This document shows positions 40,280 to 49,256 of a DNA stretch of 64,000 bases, in pieces. Below the pieces are notes generated by a model. It was not told the origin of the DNA. It saw only the letters and a program-made list of their open reading frames with translations, and searched no databases. Both the position numbers and the translations under genes were made by a program. Each line of letters opens with the position of its first letter. Position 1 is the stretch's first letter. Origin of the DNA: Candidatus Pelagibacterales bacterium (lineage in GTDB: Bacteria > Pseudomonadota > Alphaproteobacteria > Pelagibacterales > Pelagibacteraceae); the NCBI GenBank assembly GCA_965244885.1, contig OZ251766.1:524625-588624 (forward strand), given 5' to 3'.

Positions 40280-41318
40280 TATTTTTTAATTTAATTTCAT
40301 CAAATATTTTTGCGCTTTTTTCTATAAAAATTTTATAATCAAAAAAAGATTTTTTTTGTAGTTTTGATAATTTTTTCTTATCTAAGATTAAATTATTTAT
40401 TTCTTTAAAAATATTATTAACATGAAGGTTTTTTAATTTAATATGATATTTTGAAGTTTCCGACAAACCTCCTTTGTTAGATAAAATAACAGCATTACCG
40501 TAAATTGAGGCTTCCATAGATATCCTTCCAAAAGGTTCCTCCCACACAGAAGGAACAAGGCAAATAGAACTTTTTTTTAATAACTTTAAGATTTTGTCAT
40601 GACTTAACCATTTATAGATTTTAAGATTTTTATGACAAAAATTATATTTCTCCCTCTCTTCATTCCCAGCGAATACTGCTTTCCAATTTTTATATTTATT
40701 CAGAATGTTAACTACAGCGACCCCCGCCAAATCATACCCCTTAGATTTATTTAACTTGCCAATAAATGTAATAATATTGTCCTTTTTTGGTAACTTATTT
40801 AACCTTTTAATGGCTGGATAAATCACGGAACATTTTTTGCTTTTTTTACTATCTAATCCTTCAAAAAATTTTTTTTGCACCCATTTACTTACAAAAATTA
40901 TATTACTGCATTTATTTAAAATATTTTTTCTTTCATGTATTTTTTTAGATCCTCTAATTAACAAAGGGTTATTATGAAAAACTAATATCAGTTTATAGTA
41001 TGAATTTTGTTTCTTAATGAAGTGAAAAATTTCAGGCCTATTATGTATTTCTATGATCTTTGTTTGTTTGTGAATATTCTTTAAAAAAAGTTTTGCATAA
41101 TAAATATTTTTTTTAAATGTAAATAAAGGAAATTTTTTATTCAGGTTAACAAAATTTTTAGATAAAGATTTTTTTTTAGTATTTATTCCATAGATAGTAG
41201 TTATCTTCTTAAGTTTTGAATTTTCAAAAAAATCTTTAACCCATAATGAAGCTGATCCAGCATTATTTTTGTTATAATCTTCTTTATAAGGCAGCAAAAT
41301 AGCTATTCTTTTATTCAT
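40269..41318 (-). CDS. Glycosyltransferase family 4
   Basis: EIHNRP, FIGKLNKSKG, PSVWEEPFG...EA. Confidence 0.9.
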   Translation of the reverse strand: MNKRIAILLPYKEDYNKNNAGSASLWVKDFFENSKLKKITTIYGINTKKKSLSKNFVNLNKKFPLFTFKKNIYYAKLFLKNIHKQTKIIEIHNRPEIFHFIKKQNSYYKLILVFHNNPLLIRGSKKIHERKNILNKCSNIIFVSKWVQKKFFEGLDSKKSKKCSVIYPAIKRLNKLPKKDNIITFIGKLNKSKGYDLAGVAVVNILNKYKNWKAVFAGNEEREKYNFCHKNLKIYKWLSHDKILKLLKKSSICLVPSVWEEPFGRISMEASIYGNAVILSNKGGLSETSKYHIKLKNLHVNNIFKEINNLILDKKKLSKLQKKSFFDYKIFIEKSAKIFDEIKLKNIKD

Positions 41319-42100
41319 ATTTTAATTTTCATACCATCATAAGCAGGAATGATGTTGTTTTTCAGTTTTGCTAATTTATTTTTCAATTTTTTATAATCAA
41401 TGTCTGAATGAAGATTGGTTAATATTGTTTTTTTAGGTTTAAGAATTTTTATATATTTAATCGCCTCATAGTAATTTAAATGAGTTTTGTGTTTTTTAAA
41501 TTTTAAACAATCGATAATTAAAATATTTAAATTGTATAACTTTTTAAGTTCTTTTTCGGATATGAAACTACAATCACTTATATAAGCGATTTTTTTAAAT
41601 ATATATCCATGTGCCTTAGTATCTCCATGAGCGACGATAATAGGTTCAAAAAAAAATTTATTTTTATTTTTTTTAATAAAAAATTTATTCTTAATAATAT
41701 TCATTTTAAGAATTGGGTTATAAAACTTACTTTTTTTTATAAATAAATAGGCAAAACTTTTGTATAATGTTTTTGCTGTATTTTTATTTGTATAAACGTT
41801 AATTTTTTTTTTGTTTTTCCAAAAAAAGGGTCTTAATTCATTAATACCATGCGTTTGGTCTGCATGATCATGTGTGTAAATAACATTGTCTATTTTTGTT
41901 ATTTTATTGTTCAATAATTGGCTTCTTATATCCGGAGATGTATCAATCAGTATATTTAAACTTTTATATTTTATATAAATTGAGCATCTAGTTCTGTTAT
42001 TTTTCAAATCATTTTTATTTGCCTTGCCCCAATACCCGTCTATTCTTGGAACTCCCACAGAACTACCGGATCCGAGAATAATAATTTTATTTTTGTTCAT
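41315..42100 (-). CDS. MBL-fold metallohydrolase (PhnP/YycJ-like)
   Basis: LGSGSSVGVP, DTSPD, THDHADQTHG; follows tatD. Confidence 0.92.
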   Translation of the reverse strand: MNKNKIIILGSGSSVGVPRIDGYWGKANKNDLKNNRTRCSIYIKYKSLNILIDTSPDIRSQLLNNKITKIDNVIYTHDHADQTHGINELRPFFWKNKKKINVYTNKNTAKTLYKSFAYLFIKKSKFYNPILKMNIIKNKFFIKKNKNKFFFEPIIVAHGDTKAHGYIFKKIAYISDCSFISEKELKKLYNLNILIIDCLKFKKHKTHLNYYEAIKYIKILKPKKTILTNLHSDIDYKKLKNKLAKLKNNIIPAYDGMKIKI

Positions 42101-42857
42101 TAAGGAAAAAATTTTTGAAATTTTCTGTTGTTAGTCTAGCAACCTCTTCAAATGAAATTTCTTTAATTTTTGCTATATATTCTCCTACAATTTTTACGTT
42201 TGCTGGTTCATTGCTTTTTCCTCTTAATGGATCTGGACTTAAGTAGGGAGAATCTGTTTCAATTAACATTCTTTCTAATGGAACATATTTGACAACATCT
42301 CTTAGGTCGTTTGATTTTTTAAATGTAATAATTCCGCTAAATGAGATTAAGCATTCAAGATTTAATAATCTTTTCGCAAATTCTAAATTTCCGGTAAAAC
42401 AATGTACTAAAAACCTTGTTTTTTTATAATATTTTTTAATAATTAAAATTGTATCCTCATCAGCATCTCTTGTATGAATGATAACAGGAACATTTTCGGA
42501 AATAGCAAATTCAATATGTTTTTCAAAAGAAAATAGTTGATCTTTTTTTTCGCTCTTCTTGTAGAAATAGTCTAAACCAGTTTCTCCAAAAGCTATTATT
42601 TTTTTACTTTTTTTTTTAATATCAATAAGCTTATCTAAATCATTTAAATGTTCGGTGGTTGAGTTTGGATGAATACCGATAGCACCATAAATATTTTCAT
42701 ATTTTTCAACTATTTCTAAAACTTTTTTTGAACTTTCTAAACTAGTTCCAATAGTTAATAAATTTGTAATATTATTTTTTTTGGCGTTTAACAAAACTTT
42801 ATTAATATTGTTAACTAATGGTTCGTAATCAAGATGACAATGAGAGTCTATAATCAT
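42087..42857 (-). CDS. tatD: TatD family DNase
   Basis: DSHCHL, GIHP, GETGLDY, HTRDA, HCF, ETDSPYL. Confidence 0.95.
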   Translation of the reverse strand: MIIDSHCHLDYEPLVNNINKVLLNAKKNNITNLLTIGTSLESSKKVLEIVEKYENIYGAIGIHPNSTTEHLNDLDKLIDIKKKSKKIIAFGETGLDYFYKKSEKKDQLFSFEKHIEFAISENVPVIIHTRDADEDTILIIKKYYKKTRFLVHCFTGNLEFAKRLLNLECLISFSGIITFKKSNDLRDVVKYVPLERMLIETDSPYLSPDPLRGKSNEPANVKIVGEYIAKIKEISFEEVARLTTENFKNFFLNEQK

Positions 42858-44374
42858 TGTTTTTTAAATAAAATATTAATTTTTTGTATTGTAATTTCTT
42901 GTTTCAAAGAAAAATTTTTATTTATATTTTTTATAAATCTCTCTTCTTCTTTTATATTTAGAGAGTCTAATATTATTTTGCTTTTTTCAGGAATAATTGG
43001 TTGGAGCAAAATAGAAATTTTCCTTATAAATTCTAAAACAGTATAAATAATAACGTTTCTCTTTTCAATATTATTTTCTTTTATCGACCATGGAGCAGAG
43101 TCATTTACATATTTATTAACCACCGAACATAACTGAATAATATTTTTTAGATAATTATGTATTTCAAATTTATTAAAAGTTTTAATTAAAGAATCTAAAT
43201 TTTCTTCAACCAGGTTTAAAATTTTTAAATCCACTTTTTCACTAGGAGAACATCTTGGAACTATGGAATTTAATTTACTATGAACTATTGAACTCGTTCT
43301 TTGATATAAGTTTCCGATATTGTTTGCTAAATCACTATTGATGCAATTGATCAAGTTTTCTGGAGTTATTTTTCCATCCTCTCCATAAATAACCTCCTTC
43401 ATTAAATAGTATCTAATTTCATCTAATCCATAATTTTCAATAATTTCTAAAGGATCTAAAATATTTCCTTTAGATTTTGACATTTTTTCTTCTCCAGAAA
43501 GTATCCAGCCATGAGCAAAAACTTTTTTTGGAGGTTTGATATCAGCTGCTAATAAAAAGGCTGGCCAATAAACGCAATGAAATCTTATAATATCTTTTCC
43601 TATTATATGAATGTCTGCTGGCCAAAATTGATTTTTATTATTCTTTTCATAATAATCTAACGCGCTTATGTAATTAGTAAGAGCATCAAGCCATACATAA
43701 ATTATATGCTTATTATTATGTGGCACGGGTACCCCCCATTTAAAAGATGTTCTGCTTATCGAAAGATCTTTTAAGCCGCTTTTAACAAAGCTTATAACCT
43801 CATTCTTTCTACTGGTTGGAGCAATAAATTCAGGATTGTCTTCATAATATTTTAATAAAGGCTCTTGCCATTTTGAAAGTCTAAAAAAATAAGATTCTTC
43901 TTCCATCCATTCAACTTTCGATCCTGAAATTTTAGAGATTTTAATATCTGACTTATTTTCTATTTCATCTTCTGTGTAAAATGCTTCATCAGATACAGAA
44001 TACCAGCCAGAATATTTAGAAATATAAATTTCTTTTCTTTCTTCAAGAATATTCCATAGTTTGGATACAGTTTTTTTATGTCTATTCTCAGTGGTCCTAA
44101 TAAAATCTGTATTGGTAAGATTTAATTTTTTTGCAAGTTCTATAAAGTTTTGAGAGATTTCATCACAAAAATCTTTTGGATTCTTTTTCTGAAGTTCTGC
44201 AGCTCTTTGAATTTTTAGACCGTGTTCATCTGTACCAGTTAAAAAATTAACATTGTAACCTTCTATCCTTTTAAATCTGGCAATAACGTCGGCTGATATA
44301 CTAGAATAAGCGTGACCCATATGTGGTTTTGCCGAAGGATAATAGATGGGAGTTGTTAGATAAAAATTTTTCAT
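42854..44374 (-). CDS. metG: Methionine-tRNA ligase
   Basis: TTPIYY..HMGH, GTDEHG, YVWLDAL, KMSKS. Confidence 0.97.
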   Translation of the reverse strand: MKNFYLTTPIYYPSAKPHMGHAYSSISADVIARFKRIEGYNVNFLTGTDEHGLKIQRAAELQKKNPKDFCDEISQNFIELAKKLNLTNTDFIRTTENRHKKTVSKLWNILEERKEIYISKYSGWYSVSDEAFYTEDEIENKSDIKISKISGSKVEWMEEESYFFRLSKWQEPLLKYYEDNPEFIAPTSRKNEVISFVKSGLKDLSISRTSFKWGVPVPHNNKHIIYVWLDALTNYISALDYYEKNNKNQFWPADIHIIGKDIIRFHCVYWPAFLLAADIKPPKKVFAHGWILSGEEKMSKSKGNILDPLEIIENYGLDEIRYYLMKEVIYGEDGKITPENLINCINSDLANNIGNLYQRTSSIVHSKLNSIVPRCSPSEKVDLKILNLVEENLDSLIKTFNKFEIHNYLKNIIQLCSVVNKYVNDSAPWSIKENNIEKRNVIIYTVLEFIRKISILLQPIIPEKSKIILDSLNIKEEERFIKNINKNFSLKQEITIQKINILFKKQ

Positions 44375-45313
44375 TTATTTAATTCCAAGCAATAGATTAA
44401 TTTCATAAAAACTACTTTTTATTTCATTATTTATTGAATTAATATTGTTAATAATATTATTAATTTTATTTCGTATTCTAAGATTTTTAAAAAAATTTTT
44501 TTCTAAGTTATAAGCAAAATAATTTTCAATATATATGTGCATTAAATCTATTATTTTATTATATTTTTCTTCCAAATAAAAATTTTGCATAGCTAAAATT
44601 TTTGTAGAAAAATCTTTTTCATAAATATTTAATTCTTTAAACAGAATGTTCATTTTAAGATTTATTCCAGGAGTTAAATTTTTTATAATCGTATTGTTGG
44701 TTTTGAATTGTGTCATTAATTTCTCTTTAATAAACGAATTTTCTTTTGAATTAATAAAAAGTCTGCAATTAAAACATCTTGATTTAATGGTTTCGAGTAA
44801 AAATTTATTTTCAAGATAAGATATAAAAAAATAATTATTATCGGGCAATTCCTCTAATATTTTTAAAATTGAATTTGATGAATTTTTATTAAGATTTTCT
44901 GCTCCTTCTAAAAAAAAAATTTTAGGTTTATTGTTTATTGATGATTTATTAAAGAAATTTATAATTTCTCTTGTTTCCTCTATACTGATTATTTTTTTAA
45001 AATCATCGACTTTTAAATGTTTAAAGTTAAAATTAATATTATTAATTAAATCTAAGTAACTTTTGTTATTTTCTATAATTTCCTTAGCATTTAAGTCATA
45101 AATATCTTCTTCTTTGTAAGATAATATAAAATTTATTAAATGATAAACAAAAGTTGCCTTCCCTATCCCATTGCTCCCATTAAATATAATTTTTTTTGGT
45201 AATTTATTTTTTTTAAAAAGACTAGTAAGATTTTTAAATAGAATATCATGACCATACAAAAATCTTTGATATTTATTAAAGGATTCAATATTTAGAAAGT
45301 TAAAGTCTTGCAT
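44375..45313 (-). CDS. holB: DNA polymerase III delta' subunit
   Basis: GSNGIGKAT, NSILKILEE, TIKSRC; tmk-holB-metG order. Confidence 0.85.
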   Translation of the reverse strand: MQDFNFLNIESFNKYQRFLYGHDILFKNLTSLFKKNKLPKKIIFNGSNGIGKATFVYHLINFILSYKEEDIYDLNAKEIIENNKSYLDLINNINFNFKHLKVDDFKKIISIEETREIINFFNKSSINNKPKIFFLEGAENLNKNSSNSILKILEELPDNNYFFISYLENKFLLETIKSRCFNCRLFINSKENSFIKEKLMTQFKTNNTIIKNLTPGINLKMNILFKELNIYEKDFSTKILAMQNFYLEEKYNKIIDLMHIYIENYFAYNLEKNFFKNLRIRNKINNIINNINSINNEIKSSFYEINLLLGIK

Positions 45314-45941
45314 TTAATATTTTTAAAGTTTTTTTATTAATTTCATTCTGAATTTCATTAAGGGTCTTGCTTCCTTTAATTAAAACTATTTTATTTTTAT
45401 ACATTTTAGAAATTTTTATGAAACCATTTCTAATTTTATTAAAATGATAACTTGAAAGTTTGTCAAATCTGTTACTTTTTTTTGATCTTTTACTTATTCT
45501 AACTTGAGATTCTTTTTTATTTAAATCGATCAAAAAAGTAATATCAGGATGAATTTTGTTAAAAATTTTCTTTTGAATGTTAAATATAAATTTCTTTTCC
45601 ATGCCTTCCAAATAATGTTGGTAAGCTAATGTTGAATAAAAAAATCTATCACAAATGATAATAAAATTTTTTTTAAGATAAAAATTTATTTTACTGATAA
45701 TATGTTCATTTCTTGCAGCCATTAATAAAAAGAATTCTGTTAGTGGACTAATGTTTGTTTTTTTATCTAACATTAAATTTCTTATTTTTTCTGAAAATAA
45801 AGTCCCGCCAGGTTCTCTGGTTAAAATTACATTCTTCGTAATATTTTTTTTGATAAAATTGTGCAATAATTTCGCCTGAGTGGATTTCCCAGATCCCTCT
45901 ACTCCTTCAAAGCAGATAAAAAAAGGTTTTTTTATCGCCAT
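45300..45941 (-). CDS. tmk: Thymidylate kinase
   Basis: FEGVEGSGKSTQ, REPGG, CDRF..STLAYQ. Confidence 0.97.
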   Translation of the reverse strand: MAIKKPFFICFEGVEGSGKSTQAKLLHNFIKKNITKNVILTREPGGTLFSEKIRNLMLDKKTNISPLTEFFLLMAARNEHIISKINFYLKKNFIIICDRFFYSTLAYQHYLEGMEKKFIFNIQKKIFNKIHPDITFLIDLNKKESQVRISKRSKKSNRFDKLSSYHFNKIRNGFIKISKMYKNKIVLIKGSKTLNEIQNEINKKTLKILNARL

Positions 45942-47092
45942 AAGTAATGATTGATATTTTGAATTCCTTTAAAAAATATATTTTTATCAGTTATATCTTT
46001 TTGAGCAAACAAATCCTCAGTATCTATAAGTTCTTTATTGTTGTAAATTCTAAGAACGGCTACTTTCTCAAATTTTTTAATAGGCAATTGCAACGGATAT
46101 TCATATTCTATTTCCATTCTAATTTTTGGATTTTTTAAATTCTTAGGTAGATTAACAAAAATACCGTCTTTATTTACTCCCTTAACATCTAGATAAGAAG
46201 AGCTTCCATTCCATATTTTAATTTTAAATTTTTCTTTATCATAAGAAATTTTCATAAGATCAATTTTATTGAAAGCGGCATTTAATAATAGTTTTGAAAA
46301 TTCAGCTCTTGAAGACATTGTGGGTAAGCCACTGATTACGGCTATTATTCTTCTGTTATCTTTTTTCTTTGTAACTGCAATTGAATATTTACTATCTTTC
46401 AAATGTCCTGTTTTTATTCCATCAACTCCTTCATCCATAGAAAGTAACACATTTCTATTTTCTTGTTTAACAGGATTACCCCCTGTTCTAGACCATGCAA
46501 AATCTTTCTCCTTAAAATATTTATAATACTGAGAATAGTTATTGATTAAATAAGACGACAATAAAGCGATATCTCTTACTGTCGAATAGTTATTTGGGCC
46601 AAAAGTTCCAGAAGAATTACTAAAATTAGTATTAACCATATTTATCTGTTTAGCTTTTTCATTCATTAAATTTACAAATTGTTCTTCCGTTCCAGATATG
46701 CCTTCCGATAAAACAATCGAAGCATCAACGCCTGAAACAATAATTAAGCCTCTTATTAAATCTTCAATCGAAACTTTATCTCCGGGAACTAAGAACATAG
46801 TTGATTCACCAGACTTTGTTGCACTCCATGCTTTTTTTGAAACTGTAAATTGATCGGTAAGTTTGATTTTTTTATCTTTAAGTTGGTCAAATACGACAAC
46901 TGCTGTCATGATTTTTGTCATGGAGGCAGGAGATATTTTTTGATCTGCATTTTTTTCTGCTAATATGGCGCCGCTAGTGTGATCTACAACGATACCTTGT
47001 TTAACTTTATCTGGAATAATTATTTGAGAATAAACAGTTGAGCAAAAAAAAAAAATGACAAACTCTAAATAAAAAATTTTCCTTAAAATCAT
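45932..47092 (-). CDS. dacA: D-alanyl-D-alanine carboxypeptidase (PBP5 family)
   Basis: PASMTK, KTGH; the SxN motif reads SGV. Confidence 0.88.
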   Translation of the reverse strand: MILRKIFYLEFVIFFFCSTVYSQIIIPDKVKQGIVVDHTSGAILAEKNADQKISPASMTKIMTAVVVFDQLKDKKIKLTDQFTVSKKAWSATKSGESTMFLVPGDKVSIEDLIRGLIIVSGVDASIVLSEGISGTEEQFVNLMNEKAKQINMVNTNFSNSSGTFGPNNYSTVRDIALLSSYLINNYSQYYKYFKEKDFAWSRTGGNPVKQENRNVLLSMDEGVDGIKTGHLKDSKYSIAVTKKKDNRRIIAVISGLPTMSSRAEFSKLLLNAAFNKIDLMKISYDKEKFKIKIWNGSSSYLDVKGVNKDGIFVNLPKNLKNPKIRMEIEYEYPLQLPIKKFEKVAVLRIYNNKELIDTEDLFAQKDITDKNIFFKGIQNINHYLWR

Positions 47093-47760
47093 TCAATACT
47101 TATATTATAATTCTCAAACTTAGTATTTACTATTTTATTAAAAAAAATATCAAATTCATTAATATCATTAATAGTTGTCGCTTTTACTCTAAATTTTTTA
47201 TTAACAAGAATAATAGTTGGTTTAAGATCTTTTATTTCTTTTTTTAATAGGCTAACCATATCTAAAGCAGTACTTTTAAAAGTAAAATCACCATAGTAAA
47301 TAATTATTTTTTTTAAATTGTTATCTTTTAAAGAATTATTTTTAGATAAATCAACGATATCAACATTTGTTAGTTCAATATTTTGTGCAATTTTTTTCTC
47401 TTCGTCATAAATTTTAGTAATCTCTGCCTTAAAAGTTTTATTGGTTCTAATAGTTTCAATTTTAACTATTGGCAAACTGGAATTTAACTCTAATAAGTCT
47501 AAATATTTATTAGGAATAATAATTTCCCTTTCTTTTTTGTAGTTAGAATTGTTATCAATACTTACAACTATACTTTTTTTATTTAATAAATTCGTAATTC
47601 TAATTTGACTATTTAGTGATATGCTTCGGTGCATTACATTATTATCTTTAGAAAATTCTGCAAAACCTATTTTTTCATAACTATTATTTTCTTCAAGAGT
47701 TAAAATTTTTTGACAAGATAAAATTAGAATAAAAAATAAAACAATTATTTTATTTTTCAT
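47089..47760 (-). CDS. Divergent RlpA-like lipoprotein with a probable SPOR-like C-terminus
   Basis: LSC lipobox; H.S......IRITNL.N.KSIVV resembles the RlpA DPBB domain; mltB-rlpA-dacA-tmk order. Confidence 0.6.
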   Translation of the reverse strand: MKNKIIVLFFILILSCQKILTLEENNSYEKIGFAEFSKDNNVMHRSISLNSQIRITNLLNKKSIVVSIDNNSNYKKEREIIIPNKYLDLLELNSSLPIVKIETIRTNKTFKAEITKIYDEEKKIAQNIELTNVDIVDLSKNNSLKDNNLKKIIIYYGDFTFKSTALDMVSLLKKEIKDLKPTIILVNKKFRVKATTINDINEFDIFFNKIVNTKFENYNISIE

Positions 47761-47761
47761 C

Positions 47762-48757
47762 TTATATTTTTATTTTATCCGAAAGAGTTCCAACGGTTAT
47801 TGCAAATCGCAAAGATCTATTCCATTCTAATAATTTTAAAAAATTATCAAATACAATATATATTGGCCCATCTTCACCATCTGGTCTTATTAACCAGCCT
47901 TCTTTTTTATCTTCGATCAAAATTTCGCTACCATTTTTATTTTTAAAGCCTGTAGATTTTAATTGAGTTATAGAAATTTTATTTTTAAGATTTCTAGAAT
48001 CTGAGCTGATTAAATTATTGTCAAAATTTTTATCTATTTTAATCTCAAATCCCCATTTATCTTTTTCTTTCCACCCTATTGTATTTAAATAATTTGCAGC
48101 TGAAGCGAGAGAGTCTTGAAATGAATTTATCAAATCAATATCAGACGCTTCATCAAAATTTATTCCGTATTTTTGAATTGTGGATGGCATAAATTGAAAA
48201 TTACCAATCGCACCAGCCCATGAACCATATAAACTCTCGTATTTTAAAGTTTTATTATCAATTAATTTTAAAAGTATAATTAATTCTTTTTCAAAATATT
48301 CTGGTCTTCGATTATCAAATGACAGAGTTGATAAAGCTGAAATTATATCTACCTTACCTTTGTTAAACCCAAAATTTGTCTCGATCCCCCACAGAGCTAC
48401 TAGAACTTCTTTATCAACTTTAAATTTAGTATTAACTTTTTCAAGTAAAACTGAATTTTCATTTAAGAGGTTTTTTGCTGTCTGTATTCTTTTTTCATCA
48501 ACTCTTTTATCTAAGTATTCGTAAGTTTTTTCAAAAAATTCTGGTTGCTTTCTATCTAAGGCAACAATTCTCTCTAAAAATTTGGCATTCTTTAATGCAT
48601 TATCAACGGTTTCTTTTGAAACACCCTGAGCAATTGCTCTACTTTTAAAACTAACTAACCATTCGTTAAATTTTTCATTTGATAATGAATTTGAGGGATT
48701 AAATATTGCAAATAAATAAATAATTAGAAATATTTTAAATTTAGGGTAAATATTCAT
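47762..48757 (-). CDS. mltB: Lytic murein transglycosylase B family
   Basis: DRKQPEF, WGIETNFG, GSWAGAIG..QFMPS, SAANYL, WNRS. Confidence 0.92.
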   Translation of the reverse strand: MNIYPKFKIFLIIYLFAIFNPSNSLSNEKFNEWLVSFKSRAIAQGVSKETVDNALKNAKFLERIVALDRKQPEFFEKTYEYLDKRVDEKRIQTAKNLLNENSVLLEKVNTKFKVDKEVLVALWGIETNFGFNKGKVDIISALSTLSFDNRRPEYFEKELIILLKLIDNKTLKYESLYGSWAGAIGNFQFMPSTIQKYGINFDEASDIDLINSFQDSLASAANYLNTIGWKEKDKWGFEIKIDKNFDNNLISSDSRNLKNKISITQLKSTGFKNKNGSEILIEDKKEGWLIRPDGEDGPIYIVFDNFLKLLEWNRSLRFAITVGTLSDKIKI

Positions 48758-48799
48758 TACTTTTTTTTAACATAGCCAGTATTTAAAGTCATTAATCAA

Positions 48800-48889
48800 G
48801 GAGAGGTGGCTGAGCGGTTGAAAGCACTAGTCTTGAAAACTAGCAACGGGGCAACCCGTTCGTGGGTTCAAATCCCACCCTCTCCGCCA
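48800..48889 (+). tRNA. tRNA-Ser(TGA)
   Basis: Acceptor GGAGAGG/CCTCTCC, anticodon arm CTAGT-CT-TGA-AA-ACTAG, long variable arm, CCA. Confidence 0.96.
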
Positions 48890-48966
48890 TTTTTTCTATA
48901 AAATAGTTATGTTTTGTTATTTAAAATAAATATAAAAACTCAGTTTTTATTTAATTATATAATAAT

Positions 48967-49218
48967 TTAGAACTTTATTTTAAATTCTTTGATCTTGTTT
49001 GATATAGAAAAATTTTCTAAATCTATATTTTTATTATTATCTACTAACCAAGAGCTTAATTCTTTGTCAGTAAAATTTAACAAAAGTTCAAATTCTTCTA
49101 ATTCAATTGGAGTTAATTTTTTTAAGTTTTCTTTGGCAAACCCGCCGATTAATAAATCCATTTCCTTAGTTCCTCTATGATTAGAGCGATATAAAAGTTT
49201 TTTAATTAAATTATTCAT
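48967..49218 (-). CDS. sdhE: Succinate dehydrogenase assembly factor SdhE/Sdh5
   Basis: YRSNHRGTKEMD (RGxxE motif); divergent from recG. Confidence 0.92.
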   Translation of the reverse strand: MNNLIKKLLYRSNHRGTKEMDLLIGGFAKENLKKLTPIELEEFELLLNFTDKELSSWLVDNNKNIDLENFSISNKIKEFKIKF

Positions 49219-49256
49219 ATCTAATATATATAACTTAATTAAAACTAAGTCTTCAA

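Noticed and set aside
46703-46711. Extra TTCCGATAA half site inside dacA
   Set aside because: No properly spaced inverted partner; explained by coding sequence
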